Below are positions 46,432 through 56,331 of a stretch of 64,000 nt of DNA, in pieces (positions within the stretch are counted from its first letter, which is position 1; each line of letters opens with the position of its first letter). The stretch is from a virus. Both the position numbers and the translations under genes were made by a program. The DNA lies in IMG/VR virus record IMGVR_UViG_3300045933_000229, positions 2,706-66,705 of that record. The stretch is one strand, 5' to 3'. The notes beneath the pieces are model-generated. The model made no database searches. It was not told the DNA's origin and saw nothing but the letters and a program-made list of their open reading frames with translations.

Positions 46432-47297
46432 TGGCCGACGCCCGCAGCCGCTCAGACCTCGAAGCGCTCGCGCACCAGATCGCGGTGCGCAAGGGCGTCG
46501 ATCCGACGCTCGTCAAGGCGGTGATCGAGCAGGAGTCGAACTGGAACCCGAACGCGAAGTCGAGCGCCGGGGCGAGCGGCCTGATGCAGCTGATGCCCGC
46601 GACGGCGCGTGGCCTCGGCGTGAAGAACATCCTCGACCCGGTCGAGAACCTCACCGGCGGCATCGAGTACCTCAAGCAGCAGATCAACCGCTTCGGCGAC
46701 GTCGGCCTCGCGCTGGCAGCCTACAACTGGGGACCGGCGCGCGTCGCGAAGCTGCAGTACGACCCGCGCAGCGTCCGCATCCCCGACGAGACGCAGAAGT
46801 ATGTGCCCGGCGTGATCGGCCGGATGGGCAAGTACGGCGACCAGCTGGTGCCGAGCGCGACCACCGCGGCGCTGTTCCCGCAGGTGAGGGACTCGGTCGT
46901 CTCTGCGATCCAGGGCAAGGTGAACGCGCGCACCGGCGCCGCGCCGATGCCCGCCGACATCGAGCGCGAGATCCGCTCTCTGAACGCCCGCGCCCCGGGC
47001 GTTCCTCAAGGTGGCCCGGTGGCATCGGGCGACATCGTTCCTGCCAGCGGCGGTGCCAGCACGATGCCCACGGCGGCTGCGATCGAGGCGCCTGCGGTGA
47101 CGGCTGGAGCGGAGGGGACTCCACCCGAGGCGTCGCAAAGCGCGCTTGCGCTCCTCACACCGCAGGCGGCCTCCCGCGGCCAGACCCAGAACCTCGACCA
47201 GTTCCTTCGCGCGCGCTTCGGCCCGCTCGCCGACCTGGCCGATCCGTTCCCGAAGACCTTCGACGCGGAGCTCGCAAGGCTGATCGACCGGGCGTGA
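46431..47297 (+). CDS. virion-associated lytic transglycosylase (SLT)
   Basis: QES.WNPNAKS.AGASGLMQLMPATA...LAAYNWG...ETQKYV. Confidence 0.92.
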   Translation: MADARSRSDLEALAHQIAVRKGVDPTLVKAVIEQESNWNPNAKSSAGASGLMQLMPATARGLGVKNILDPVENLTGGIEYLKQQINRFGDVGLALAAYNWGPARVAKLQYDPRSVRIPDETQKYVPGVIGRMGKYGDQLVPSATTAALFPQVRDSVVSAIQGKVNARTGAAPMPADIEREIRSLNARAPGVPQGGPVASGDIVPASGGASTMPTAAAIEAPAVTAGAEGTPPEASQSALALLTPQAASRGQTQNLDQFLRARFGPLADLADPFPKTFDAELARLIDRA

Positions 47298-47298
47298 G

Positions 47299-50200
47299 AT
47301 GGCCGAGATCGACACCTCTCGCCGGATCCTCGAAAACCCCGACGGGTCGTTCTCGACCGAGCGGACGATCACGATCGAGTCGGACGGCAAGCACCTCCTG
47401 ATCCCGACGATCCTGAACGGCGCGCAGCTGCAGCCGCAGGACGCGATCGAGGCGTGGCGCATCGGCGCGAACCCCGAGGTGGGCGCGTTCGACAGCGCCG
47501 AGGAGGCCGAGCGCGCCGCGGTGGCGCGCAGCGCGCAGATCGGGCAGGTCCGCAGCCCCGACCGGCGCCCGCAGAGCGTCGGCGGGATGCTCGAACAGGT
47601 GGCGAACGTCGCCCCGCGGCGCACCCAGCAGCAGGCCGCGACCACCCTCATGCCGTGGGCCGAGGTGGAGGCGCGCCCCGAGTTCCAGAACCTGAGCGCG
47701 CACGGCAAGCGCCTCGCGAAGACGCAGTACCTGGCCGAAGCCGAGCGTGTCGCCGGGCTGCTCTACAAGAAGGACAAGGACAAGAGCGAGTTCGTGCAGG
47801 GCGTGCTGTCGGTGGTCCCGGAGTTCAAGGATCCCACCCGCACCGTGGGCGACTGGCTGAACGACCTGAACCTCTCGATCCAGTCCGGCGTCGCGGCCGT
47901 GACCGGCAGCGTCGGGGAGGTCGGCCGGATGATCGGCGTCGGCGGCGAGGGCTTCGAGGGCGACCCCACCTCGCTCGGCAACCTGTTCAACCCGGACGCG
48001 CAGGAGGCGCTGCGCAAGACCTGGCAGACCCAGAAGTCGGCCGCGTCGCAGGACTTCCAGAAGTTCAAGGCCGAGCGCGAGGCGGCGGCGCGGGCCGAGG
48101 GCGGCGGGGAGGTGGGCGCCGGGAAGGCGGTGCTGGGGGCGTACGCCAAGCGCCCGAGCGAGGCGCTGCTTTCCCTTGCCGAGCAGGTGCCGGTGATCGG
48201 CTCGTTCATCGGCCCGGGCGGCCTCGCCCGCGGGGCGGCGGTGCTGCCCCGGGCGCGCGCGGCGCTCGCCGGCCTGGAGTCCGGGGCGATGACCGCCGAG
48301 CAGGCGGCGGCGGCGATCGTGGCGGCCGAACGCGCCGGGGTGACGGCTGGGCGGCTGACGACCGGGACGCTGGGCGCCACGCTGGAGAGCGCCGACGCGA
48401 AGCAGACCTTCATCGAGCGCATGACCAGCCTCGGTGACGACGTCTGGCAGGCCGACCCCGAGTTCCAGCAGGCGGTGGCGGCCGGGCAGGATCCCAAGGC
48501 GGTGAAGAAGCGGCTCGCCGAGGAGCGCTCCGGCTGGGCCACCGGCATCGGCGCCGTCCTCGGGGTGTTCGACGGGATCTCGGGCTTCGAGCGCCTGTTC
48601 ATCGGCCCGGCGGTGGCCGGGATCCGGCGACGCCTCCTGTCCGGGGCGGCCGAGCCGCTCGTCGAATCGCTGCAGGGCATCAACCCCCTCGCCGTGGCGA
48701 ACCTGCAGGCGCAGGGGATGGACCCGAAGATCGCCTTCACGCAGGGCTTCGGCCCGGCGGTGGCCGAGAGCCTGGTGGTGGCCGGTCCGTTCGGGGTCGC
48801 CGCAGCGGCGTTCCCCGGCGCCCCGGTGGTCCCGACGGAAGGCGGCCCGCCTGCGCCACCTCCCGGCGCTGCGCCCGCCGCAGGCCCGGCGGCGCCCCCA
48901 CCCGGCGCCCCGCCGACCGCCCCCGCGGAGGGCGCCCCGGCCACGGTCGGCCCGATCCCGTCGGCGATGAGCCGGGCGGCGGAGGCCAGGCAGGCGGCCC
49001 AGGCTGAGATCGCCGAAGCCGACCGGGTGCGTGGTGACGGAAACTCGACACCTCAGGAGGTGGCCGCGGCCGAGGCTGCCAGGACATCAGCCGAAGGTCG
49101 TATTGCGGAACTCGACCGTTTCGAGCAGGCGTGGAACAACGTCGAGGTCATCCGCGAGGTCCAGCGCGACATCGGTCGGGATGAGGCGCGCATCGCCGAG
49201 ATCAACGCCGACCAGCGGGCCGACCCCGACTCGGCGGCGCGCGAGATCGCGGCGCTGGAGGGGCGCATCGAGCGCAACCGCCAGCTGCAGGAGGTGAACG
49301 CCCTCGACGAGAACGAACTGCAGGCGTACATCGACTCGCGGAACAAGTCGCTCGCGGCGGCCTCCGGCGAGCGCGGCCTCGGCATCACCGTGGACCGCGG
49401 GCGCCTGACGAACGAGATCGGCCACGCGCAGCGCCTGCTCGAAGAACGCGCCGAGATCCCCACCCCGGCCGAGGTCGAGTTCGCGCAGCGCGCGCCGACC
49501 GTGTTCACCACCGACGCGGCGGGCGTCCCGAACTGGCCCAGCACCGCCGAGATCGAGCGCCTGCCGTTCATCGACGCGATGAACCTGCAGCGCGACCGGG
49601 CGCTGTCGCTCATCAACCTCGTGCGCGGGAACAAGCAGTTCACCCGCTCGCAGCGCGCCACCGCGATCGGGCAGGCGCGCTCGAACTGGGAGGCGATGAA
49701 CCGCATCGCCGAGGCGTGGAACCTGTCCGACGAGGAACTGCAGGCGCGCTACGACGACCTCGTGCAGAGCCTCGGCGCCGGGTTCCGCGGCGCGACGACG
49801 CTCAACCAGGGCCACTTCCTCGAACTCGCCGGGGTGATCGCCTCGCAGGCTGCGCGCAAGGGCACGCCGATGACCTGGCGGCAGGCCCAGCTGGAGGCGC
49901 AGAAGACGATCGCGGCGATCTACGTGCCGCCGACCGTCATCGGCCCGGGCGGCATCACCGGCGGCCCGAAGGCCCCGGCGGGCGACACGAACCAGACCCG
50001 CTTCTACGACGACGACCCGATCGTCTCGGGCGGCCGGGTGCTGGGGCGCACGCCGAGCGACGCGGAAAAGAAGCTGTGGGACAACGCGATCAAGGCGCTC
50101 GCGAAGCTGGGGTTCAACAAGTCGATGCTCGACGCGCTTGGGCTGCGCATCGCCACCAGCGAGTACGCCCTCGGGCTGTACCTGCCCTCCTCGAACGACG

Positions 50201-53200
50201 CGCGCAACCCGAACATCAGCTACACCCTCTCGGTCAGCTGGGGCCTGAACAACGGCACGCAGGAGCAGCAGTGGACGGCGATCCACGAGATCAGCCACGC
50301 GCTCGCCGACAGCCAGAGGAACGGCACCGACATCGCCGAGGTGGACCCGCGGTTCCTCCCGACCGGGGAATTCCGCGCCGAGCTCGCGGCCGCCTACCAG
50401 AACGGCAACGGCCCGCTGCAGAAACTGCACTACCCGCTCTCCCCGACGTGGAACTACGGCCCCGACGCCATCGCGGCGGAGCTCTGGGCGCAGGCGAACA
50501 GCTACTACTTCCTTGACAGGAACCTGCTCAAGCAGCACGCTCCGAAGACCTTCGCCTTCGTGGAGTCGTTCCATGCCAACAATGCCGGAAATCAATTCAC
50601 TACCCGACTTCAAGTTGCTGCAGCGGTACGAGGCCACTTTTCCGGGGTTCCGGTTGCCGCCCCTCCTCCAGCCGGACAGGCTCCCGCTGGAGGTGCGGGA
50701 CCAGCTGCGCCTGGCGCTGGCCCTGGACCGACCGGACCTCCAGCTGCACCAGCAGGGACTCCAAGCGGACAGCCTCGCCAAGTCGGGCGAGGTGAAGTTC
50801 TAGCCGACATCGGCACGGCGATCGGTTCTCGCTCGCGCGCCGAGCAACTGAGGATCATCGACGATGCCATCAACGCCGTCCAAGCTGAAATCGCCGGTCA
50901 ACCCGGTGCTGTCGCTCCCGTCGTTCAAGGCGCTGTCGGTGGAGGAGCGGCTCCAGTCGCTGCAGCAGTTCAGGGCGAACCTCGCGCCGAAGCCGCGGCT
51001 GGCGAAGCCGGTGCAGCCCGCGAGCGCCGCGCCGAAGCTGAAACGCCCCGCGCCCTTGCGCGACCAGTTCGACCTGCCGCGGAGCGCGGCCGCAGGCTTG
51101 GCCGCGCAGGCGACCAGGATCAAGCAGGCGGCCTCGCCGAGCCTCAAGCGGCCGGAGCCGGTGCCGGTGTTGAAACCCCTCAAGCCGCGAGGAAACTGAC
51201 CCGCGCGCAGCGCCGCATCGCCGACGAGATCGTCCGCCTCGAAGACCTCGAAGCGAACATCCTGAACGAGATGTCGCAGATCAACGAGGTGCAGGAGGAG
51301 ATCACCGACGAGGCGCAGGCCGAGGAAATCGAGAACATCCTGCGCCAGCTGGGCGAGGCGCTCGCTCAGGTGCGTAACGACAAGAACCAGTTCCGCTCCG
51401 ACCTCGCCGACGTGAACCGGATGCGCGAGCGGGTGCCGAACCCGACCACCGCGGTCCGGCTGCAGGAGATCATCGGCCGCATCCTCGGCATCGACCCGAA
51501 GGATCTGGCGCGCCGCGTCCCGGCGATCGAGTTCGCCACCACCGGCGACATCGACCCGCGCAACAAGACCCTCACCCTGCGCGGCGGCGTGGTGGCGGGC
51601 GGCGCCGACCCGAGCGTGCTGGCGTTCTACCTGCCGAACTCGAACCGCGTCGTCTTCTTCGTGGACAACATCAGGAAGGGCGAGGAGGCGTCGGTCATCC
51701 TGCACGAGTTGTTCCACAAGCGCGCTCGCCAGCTGCTTGGCACCGAGACGATGAACCGCCTCAAGCGCGAGGCGCTGCGCTGGAAGGACGCGCCGGTCGG
51801 CTCGATCGAGCGCTCGATCTACGACAAGGCGATGCCGCAGATCATGGCGGGCATCGAGCAGCTGCCGAAGGACCAGCAGCGCGCCGCGTTCCAAGAGGAG
51901 CTCCTGCCCTACTTCATCACCGAGGCGGTGCGCCAGGGCGTGCGCCCGGACCCGAAGGCGATGAAGGCGCCGACCGCCGAGGGCTGGCTCACGCGGATCA
52001 AAGCGGCGTTCGAGCAGGCGGTGGCGAAGGTCATGGGCCGCAAGCCCGACCCGGCGCAGTTCGGCGTGAAGGAGCTCATGGCGGCGGCGTGGGGCGCTGC
52101 GCAGCTGGAGCGCGGCTCCTTGCAGTACGAGTTGATGGCGCGCGGGCAGCCGGTGAGCGGCCCGATCCACGGTGAGGCGGCGGCCGCGGGCGCGCTGATG
52201 TCCTCGCCCATCTTCGAGCGCCGACTCGCGCAGCTGAAACAGCGCGTTGACCTGTTCGTCCCGGAGTTGAGAGATGCACAGGAGCGCAAGGTCTACTCCC
52301 GTCGCGCCGCGAACGCGCAGCCACTCAACGATACGCAGATTCAGGCGGTTCGCGCGGCGCCTGCGGCGCAGGTCCAGCAGGCGGCTACGGCTCCACCGGC
52401 GGTGGGTCCGGCGCAGCCGCAGAAGTCGATCGTCGAGCGGTTCAAGCCGAGCGAGGCGCGGCCGATCAGGAACAAGGAAGACCTCGACAACTTCATGCGC
52501 ACGGGCAACCGCCCGACGATCGAGTGGATGGAGCAGACGCGCGACCGGACGATCGAGAACTACGTCGATCACCAGCGCCCGTTCCTCGCGTGGCTCAAGC
52601 GCCACGTCCTGCCGATGGCCGCATGGGCGAAGTTGAAGCTGGTGCCCGGGCGCCTCAAGGCGAGGTCGGACGCCTACCAGCGCGAACTGCTGGCGCCGAT
52701 TGAGCGCAAGGTCGCCGCCTTCTCGAAGCAGCTTGGGATCCCGTACGACCAGGCTGCGCTCGACGCTGGGTGGCTGCCCACGCTGCAGCACATCAAGGAG
52801 GCGAACGCGGCGCTGCGCAAGAAGCTGGTCGATCGACTTGTGGCCGGGGAGCCGGGGGCCGCCGAGAACCTCGCCCTGTTCGATCGCACGCAGCGTGGTG
52901 CGCTCAAGCCGGGCGAGCAGGCGGCGCCGATGGCTGGCGGCCTCACCGACGCCGACGCGGCGATGCAGCTGCAGCACCTCGCCGCGCGCTACACGCCCGA
53001 GCAGATGACCACCCTGCAGGGCATCGCCGATGACATCGTCGGTGCGTTCGCCACGTTGAAGAACGACGCGGTGCAGAGCGGGCAGATCAGCCGCGACGCG
53101 CTCAAGAACTTCCCGAAGTTCCAGCGCTACGTCGCCCTCACCGGGCCGAACCAGGGCGTGTGGGACGATCAGGTGTCCGACGGCTTCGGCTCCTACATCG

Positions 53201-55245
53201 CGGAGAACCGCCTGCGCGAGCGCGAGGGCCGCACCACCAGCGTCAGCGAGAACGCGCTCGAAGCGCTGGCCGAGCGCGTCGGCCGCGTGTCGGCCTACGA
53301 CGCGAGCCGCGAGTTCAAGTCGGAGTTGAACGACATCTGGACGAGGGCGGGCGGCGATCAGAACACGATCGGGCTGCGCCGCTTCACCGCCAACCTGGTG
53401 CAGTCGCCCAAGCGCAGCGACATCGTGTGGAACGCGCCCGACGGCAAGCGCTACGTGTTCCGGTTCGAGGACGGGGAGACGGTGGGCGAGTCGCTCCTCG
53501 GGAAGAACCGCGAGTACCACGACACGCTGGGCCTCAAGATCATGGACTACCTCACGCGCAAGTTCTCGCGCGCGGTGACCCAGTGGATCCCGGCGTTCGG
53601 ACCGATCAACGCCATGCGCGACGTGCAGGAGAAGGCGATCCTGATCCGCTCGCGCGACGTGAAGGACGCGAACGGGAAGGCGGTCGATCCGAACCAGCTG
53701 TTCAAGAAGACGTGGGCATACGCGATCAGCCCCGACACGTGGCGGGCGGCGAAGCAGCTGGCGTTCGGCGCCTCGAAGCGCGCGCAGGAGAACACGGCGA
53801 TCGGCCGCTACTCGAACGAGCTCATCAACGAGGGCGGCGTCTCGACGTGGGGCGAGATCACCAGGAAGGGCCTCGCCTCGATCGAGGAGGCGATCAAGCA
53901 GGAAGCGGCGCGCGCGGGGCTGGCGGGCGGCGCGACGAACTCGCTGCAGAAGGTGCAGGACTTCGTGCGCAACTACAACCTGATGTTCGAGGTGGTGTCG
54001 GCGCTGTCGGTGAACGCGGCGATGCGCGACCTCAACGTGGCGCCGAAGGACGCGGCGTTCCAGACGCTCGACCTGATGAACTTCCAGAACGTCGGCGCGC
54101 GCAGCGGCTGGCTGCGGGCCGCGTTCGCGTTCTTCAACCCGGCGGCGCAGTCGGGCTACAACCTCTACCGGCAGATCGTGAAGTCGCCGCGAGGGCGCCG
54201 GGACTTCTTCGGCCTCCTCGCGTTCTCGTTCTTCCTGCAGGGCATCCTGCGGATGCTGGCCGACGATGACGAGGATCTCGGCAACGAACTCGACCAGCGC
54301 GGGACGTGGGAGACGGACCGCAACATCCCGGTGAACCTGCTGGGCGTGCCGCTCAAGATCCCGGTCGGCTTCGGCGCGCCGCAGTTCGCTTGGTCGATCA
54401 TGAACAGCGGGTATCGCTGGCTCTCGGGCCGCTACGACACCGCCGACGCCGTCGTGCAGGGCGGCATCTCGACGCTCAAGTCGTTCAACCCGATCCCGAT
54501 CAGCGAGGTCGGCCCGACGAAGCAGCCGATCAACTTCCTGTTGAAGACGTTCACGCCCACGGTGTTCCGCCCGGCGCTCGACTTCGTCACCGACTCCGAC
54601 GCGTGGGGCGGGAAGCTAACCGCCTACTACCCGGACAAGACGAAATTCAGGAGCGAGCAGGGGCGCCCGACGACCTCGGTGTTCTACAAGGATCTCGCCG
54701 AGGGGCTGCAGGGCCTCGGCCTCGACCTCTACCCCGAGCAGGTGAAGGCGATCTCCGAGGCGGTGGCGTGGGGGCCGTACGGCTATCTGCTGCAGGGCGT
54801 CGCCGACTCGAACAAGGAGAACGAGGGGCGCCGTCTCAACCCGATGGACAGGCTGCCTGCGTCGGCCTTCCTCAAGTTCATGGGTGTGTCGCGGTTCGTC
54901 GGCGGCGAAAGCCGCTACCTCGAAGCCCGCTACTATGAGAACTACGACCGGGCGCTCGATGACCTGCGCGAGTTCAACCGCGCGAAGGCCGACGGACGCG
55001 AGGCGAAGTGGCGCAGCGAGAACCCCGAGCGGATGCGCCGGGTCGAGGGCCTGCAGAAGCAGGAGCGCGTGATGCGCGGGCTGTCGAAGGACTTCAACAC
55101 CGCCGTTCGTGACCTGCAGAACGAGAAGATCAACGTCGAGCAGGCGCGGCCGGTGCTGGAGCGGATCCAGAACCAGCGCGAGGCGGCGATGCGGGAGTTC
55201 CTGCGCAACCTCAAGGTGTGGGACGAGGAGGAGGGCGACGAATGA
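47299..55245 (+). CDS. giant ejection / large polyvalent protein with zincin-like motifs and LPD38-like C-terminus
   Basis: 2648 aa; HEISH and HELFH motifs; C-terminal NF...G, FFNP..Q, KIPVGFG pattern. Confidence 0.8.
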   Translation: MAEIDTSRRILENPDGSFSTERTITIESDGKHLLIPTILNGAQLQPQDAIEAWRIGANPEVGAFDSAEEAERAAVARSAQIGQVRSPDRRPQSVGGMLEQVANVAPRRTQQQAATTLMPWAEVEARPEFQNLSAHGKRLAKTQYLAEAERVAGLLYKKDKDKSEFVQGVLSVVPEFKDPTRTVGDWLNDLNLSIQSGVAAVTGSVGEVGRMIGVGGEGFEGDPTSLGNLFNPDAQEALRKTWQTQKSAASQDFQKFKAEREAAARAEGGGEVGAGKAVLGAYAKRPSEALLSLAEQVPVIGSFIGPGGLARGAAVLPRARAALAGLESGAMTAEQAAAAIVAAERAGVTAGRLTTGTLGATLESADAKQTFIERMTSLGDDVWQADPEFQQAVAAGQDPKAVKKRLAEERSGWATGIGAVLGVFDGISGFERLFIGPAVAGIRRRLLSGAAEPLVESLQGINPLAVANLQAQGMDPKIAFTQGFGPAVAESLVVAGPFGVAAAAFPGAPVVPTEGGPPAPPPGAAPAAGPAAPPPGAPPTAPAEGAPATVGPIPSAMSRAAEARQAAQAEIAEADRVRGDGNSTPQEVAAAEAARTSAEGRIAELDRFEQAWNNVEVIREVQRDIGRDEARIAEINADQRADPDSAAREIAALEGRIERNRQLQEVNALDENELQAYIDSRNKSLAAASGERGLGITVDRGRLTNEIGHAQRLLEERAEIPTPAEVEFAQRAPTVFTTDAAGVPNWPSTAEIERLPFIDAMNLQRDRALSLINLVRGNKQFTRSQRATAIGQARSNWEAMNRIAEAWNLSDEELQARYDDLVQSLGAGFRGATTLNQGHFLELAGVIASQAARKGTPMTWRQAQLEAQKTIAAIYVPPTVIGPGGITGGPKAPAGDTNQTRFYDDDPIVSGGRVLGRTPSDAEKKLWDNAIKALAKLGFNKSMLDALGLRIATSEYALGLYLPSSNDARNPNISYTLSVSWGLNNGTQEQQWTAIHEISHALADSQRNGTDIAEVDPRFLPTGEFRAELAAAYQNGNGPLQKLHYPLSPTWNYGPDAIAAELWAQANSYYFLDRNLLKQHAPKTFAFVESFHANNAGNQFTTRLQVAAAVRGHFSGVPVAAPPPAGQAPAGGAGPAAPGAGPGPTGPPAAPAGTPSGQPRQVGRGEVLADIGTAIGSRSRAEQLRIIDDAINAVQAEIAGQPGAVAPVVQGAVGGGAAPVAAAVQGEPRAEAAAGEAGAARERRAEAETPRALARPVRPAAERGRRLGRAGDQDQAGGLAEPQAAGAGAGVETPQAARKLTRAQRRIADEIVRLEDLEANILNEMSQINEVQEEITDEAQAEEIENILRQLGEALAQVRNDKNQFRSDLADVNRMRERVPNPTTAVRLQEIIGRILGIDPKDLARRVPAIEFATTGDIDPRNKTLTLRGGVVAGGADPSVLAFYLPNSNRVVFFVDNIRKGEEASVILHELFHKRARQLLGTETMNRLKREALRWKDAPVGSIERSIYDKAMPQIMAGIEQLPKDQQRAAFQEELLPYFITEAVRQGVRPDPKAMKAPTAEGWLTRIKAAFEQAVAKVMGRKPDPAQFGVKELMAAAWGAAQLERGSLQYELMARGQPVSGPIHGEAAAAGALMSSPIFERRLAQLKQRVDLFVPELRDAQERKVYSRRAANAQPLNDTQIQAVRAAPAAQVQQAATAPPAVGPAQPQKSIVERFKPSEARPIRNKEDLDNFMRTGNRPTIEWMEQTRDRTIENYVDHQRPFLAWLKRHVLPMAAWAKLKLVPGRLKARSDAYQRELLAPIERKVAAFSKQLGIPYDQAALDAGWLPTLQHIKEANAALRKKLVDRLVAGEPGAAENLALFDRTQRGALKPGEQAAPMAGGLTDADAAMQLQHLAARYTPEQMTTLQGIADDIVGAFATLKNDAVQSGQISRDALKNFPKFQRYVALTGPNQGVWDDQVSDGFGSYIAENRLREREGRTTSVSENALEALAERVGRVSAYDASREFKSELNDIWTRAGGDQNTIGLRRFTANLVQSPKRSDIVWNAPDGKRYVFRFEDGETVGESLLGKNREYHDTLGLKIMDYLTRKFSRAVTQWIPAFGPINAMRDVQEKAILIRSRDVKDANGKAVDPNQLFKKTWAYAISPDTWRAAKQLAFGASKRAQENTAIGRYSNELINEGGVSTWGEITRKGLASIEEAIKQEAARAGLAGGATNSLQKVQDFVRNYNLMFEVVSALSVNAAMRDLNVAPKDAAFQTLDLMNFQNVGARSGWLRAAFAFFNPAAQSGYNLYRQIVKSPRGRRDFFGLLAFSFFLQGILRMLADDDEDLGNELDQRGTWETDRNIPVNLLGVPLKIPVGFGAPQFAWSIMNSGYRWLSGRYDTADAVVQGGISTLKSFNPIPISEVGPTKQPINFLLKTFTPTVFRPALDFVTDSDAWGGKLTAYYPDKTKFRSEQGRPTTSVFYKDLAEGLQGLGLDLYPEQVKAISEAVAWGPYGYLLQGVADSNKENEGRRLNPMDRLPASAFLKFMGVSRFVGGESRYLEARYYENYDRALDDLREFNRAKADGREAKWRSENPERMRRVEGLQKQERVMRGLSKDFNTAVRDLQNEKINVEQARPVLERIQNQREAAMREFLRNLKVWDEEEGDE
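50573..50803 (+). CDS. putative gene nested in +1 frame of giant protein
   Basis: SD GGAG 7 nt upstream; G/C-ending codons in this frame while host frame loses GC3 bias. Confidence 0.55.
   Translation: MPTMPEINSLPDFKLLQRYEATFPGFRLPPLLQPDRLPLEVRDQLRLALALDRPDLQLHQQGLQADSLAKSGEVKF
50864..51199 (+). CDS. second putative nested +1 frame gene (Lys/Pro-rich)
   Basis: SD GAGGA 9 nt upstream; GC3 bias shifted to this frame. Confidence 0.55.
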   Translation: MPSTPSKLKSPVNPVLSLPSFKALSVEERLQSLQQFRANLAPKPRLAKPVQPASAAPKLKRPAPLRDQFDLPRSAAAGLAAQATRIKQAASPSLKRPEPVPVLKPLKPRGN

Positions 55246-55682
55246 TCTACCGGGTGAGCAAGTCCACGCCGCGCTTCTGCGTCGGCCTCAACATCAACGG
55301 CTGCGGCGGCGAGCCGCTCACCGCGGGCGACTTCTTCATCATCGTGCGCCGCCTCGGGCCGGGCGTGCTGATCCGCGAGCCGGGTGTCTGGGACGAGGGC
55401 TGCGGGCGGTTCAGCCCGGCGCGCCAAGTCAGCTGGTCGCGGCTGCCGAACCGGCGCATCAAGTACCCGGCCTTCGAGGTGAACGCGTCCGGGCAGGTCT
55501 GCTTCCTGTGGGACAACAAGATCCTGTGCGGTGAGCCGGGCCGCTGGTGCGGTCAGATTTACCACTGCAACAACCATATCGCGACGGTCGAGTTCGAGGT
55601 GGGCGACCGGGCGTTCGTGAAGAACGGTGTGTCGGTGGCGGCGAGCGGCTGCACGCCAGCGCGCTCCTGCCCAACCTGCTGA
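55242..55682 (+). CDS. Cys-rich putative virion protein
   Basis: ATGA-coupled; 9 Cys. Confidence 0.6.
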   Translation: MIYRVSKSTPRFCVGLNINGCGGEPLTAGDFFIIVRRLGPGVLIREPGVWDEGCGRFSPARQVSWSRLPNRRIKYPAFEVNASGQVCFLWDNKILCGEPGRWCGQIYHCNNHIATVEFEVGDRAFVKNGVSVAASGCTPARSCPTC

Positions 55683-55692
55683 GGAGACGACG

Positions 55693-56322
55693 ATGTACGC
55701 GTACAAGGGATTGCAGTGCTGGAAGTCGCGGCTCCTCGCGCCGCTCGAACCGGCCGACACCACGGTCATGATCGGCGCGCTCGACCTCGGCACGATCGGC
55801 GCGCTGCTGCAGAACGGCTCGCACACCTACCTCGTGATCTCGGCGCCCGGCCTCGGCTGCGAGGTGGTGCGGGCGTCCTTCGCCTACGGCGTGCTGAATC
55901 TGGAGCGCGGGCAGGACGGCACGGTGGCGCGGCCGTGGCCGATGAACAGCTGCATCGAGTGGCAGATGGTCGGCGCCGCGGTCAGCGCGCTCGCGTTCCA
56001 AGCCGCCTGCTGCCCGGCCGAGTGCATCGCGCCCTCGATCAGCGGCGGCGCGACATTCCCGGACGGCGTGGCGGGCGTCGCCTACTCGCACACGGTCGAG
56101 CTCTCCGGCACGCCGCCGATCACGATCAACTCCATCTCTGTCCCGTCGTGGATGGAGGCGACGCTCGACGCTGGCGTCATCCGCTTCACCGGCACCCCGC
56201 CGGCGGCGGGCGCCTACATGGTGGACTTCTCGCTCAAGGGCTGCGGGATGATCGTCGATGGCCTGCACGCCTGCATCTACGTCACCGCCAGCGAGGCGGC
56301 CGAAAGCGAAACGCCAACCTAG
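55693..56322 (+). CDS. putative virion protein with Ig-like C-domain
   Basis: E.VR...LERGQDGT.A..W N-domain; P.G.AGVAYS...PSW...GTP..AG.Y He_PIG-like. Confidence 0.65.
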   Translation: MYAYKGLQCWKSRLLAPLEPADTTVMIGALDLGTIGALLQNGSHTYLVISAPGLGCEVVRASFAYGVLNLERGQDGTVARPWPMNSCIEWQMVGAAVSALAFQAACCPAECIAPSISGGATFPDGVAGVAYSHTVELSGTPPITINSISVPSWMEATLDAGVIRFTGTPPAAGAYMVDFSLKGCGMIVDGLHACIYVTASEAAESETPT

Positions 56323-56331
56323 GAGGACAGC

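Noticed and set aside
49000-49130. Local drop in GC3 in the giant gene
   Set aside because: Short; no convincing SD/start or protein-like alternative frame
52274-52636. Possible third nested ORF (GGAG then ATG, protamine-like) in the giant gene
   Set aside because: Composition is typical Arg/Ser shadow and GC3 does not clearly move to this frame; left as weak
18903-55072. Many long Arg-rich alternative-frame and antisense ORFs over structural genes
   Set aside because: Expected shadows of GC3-biased genes; no codon-bias shift, unlike 50573-51199
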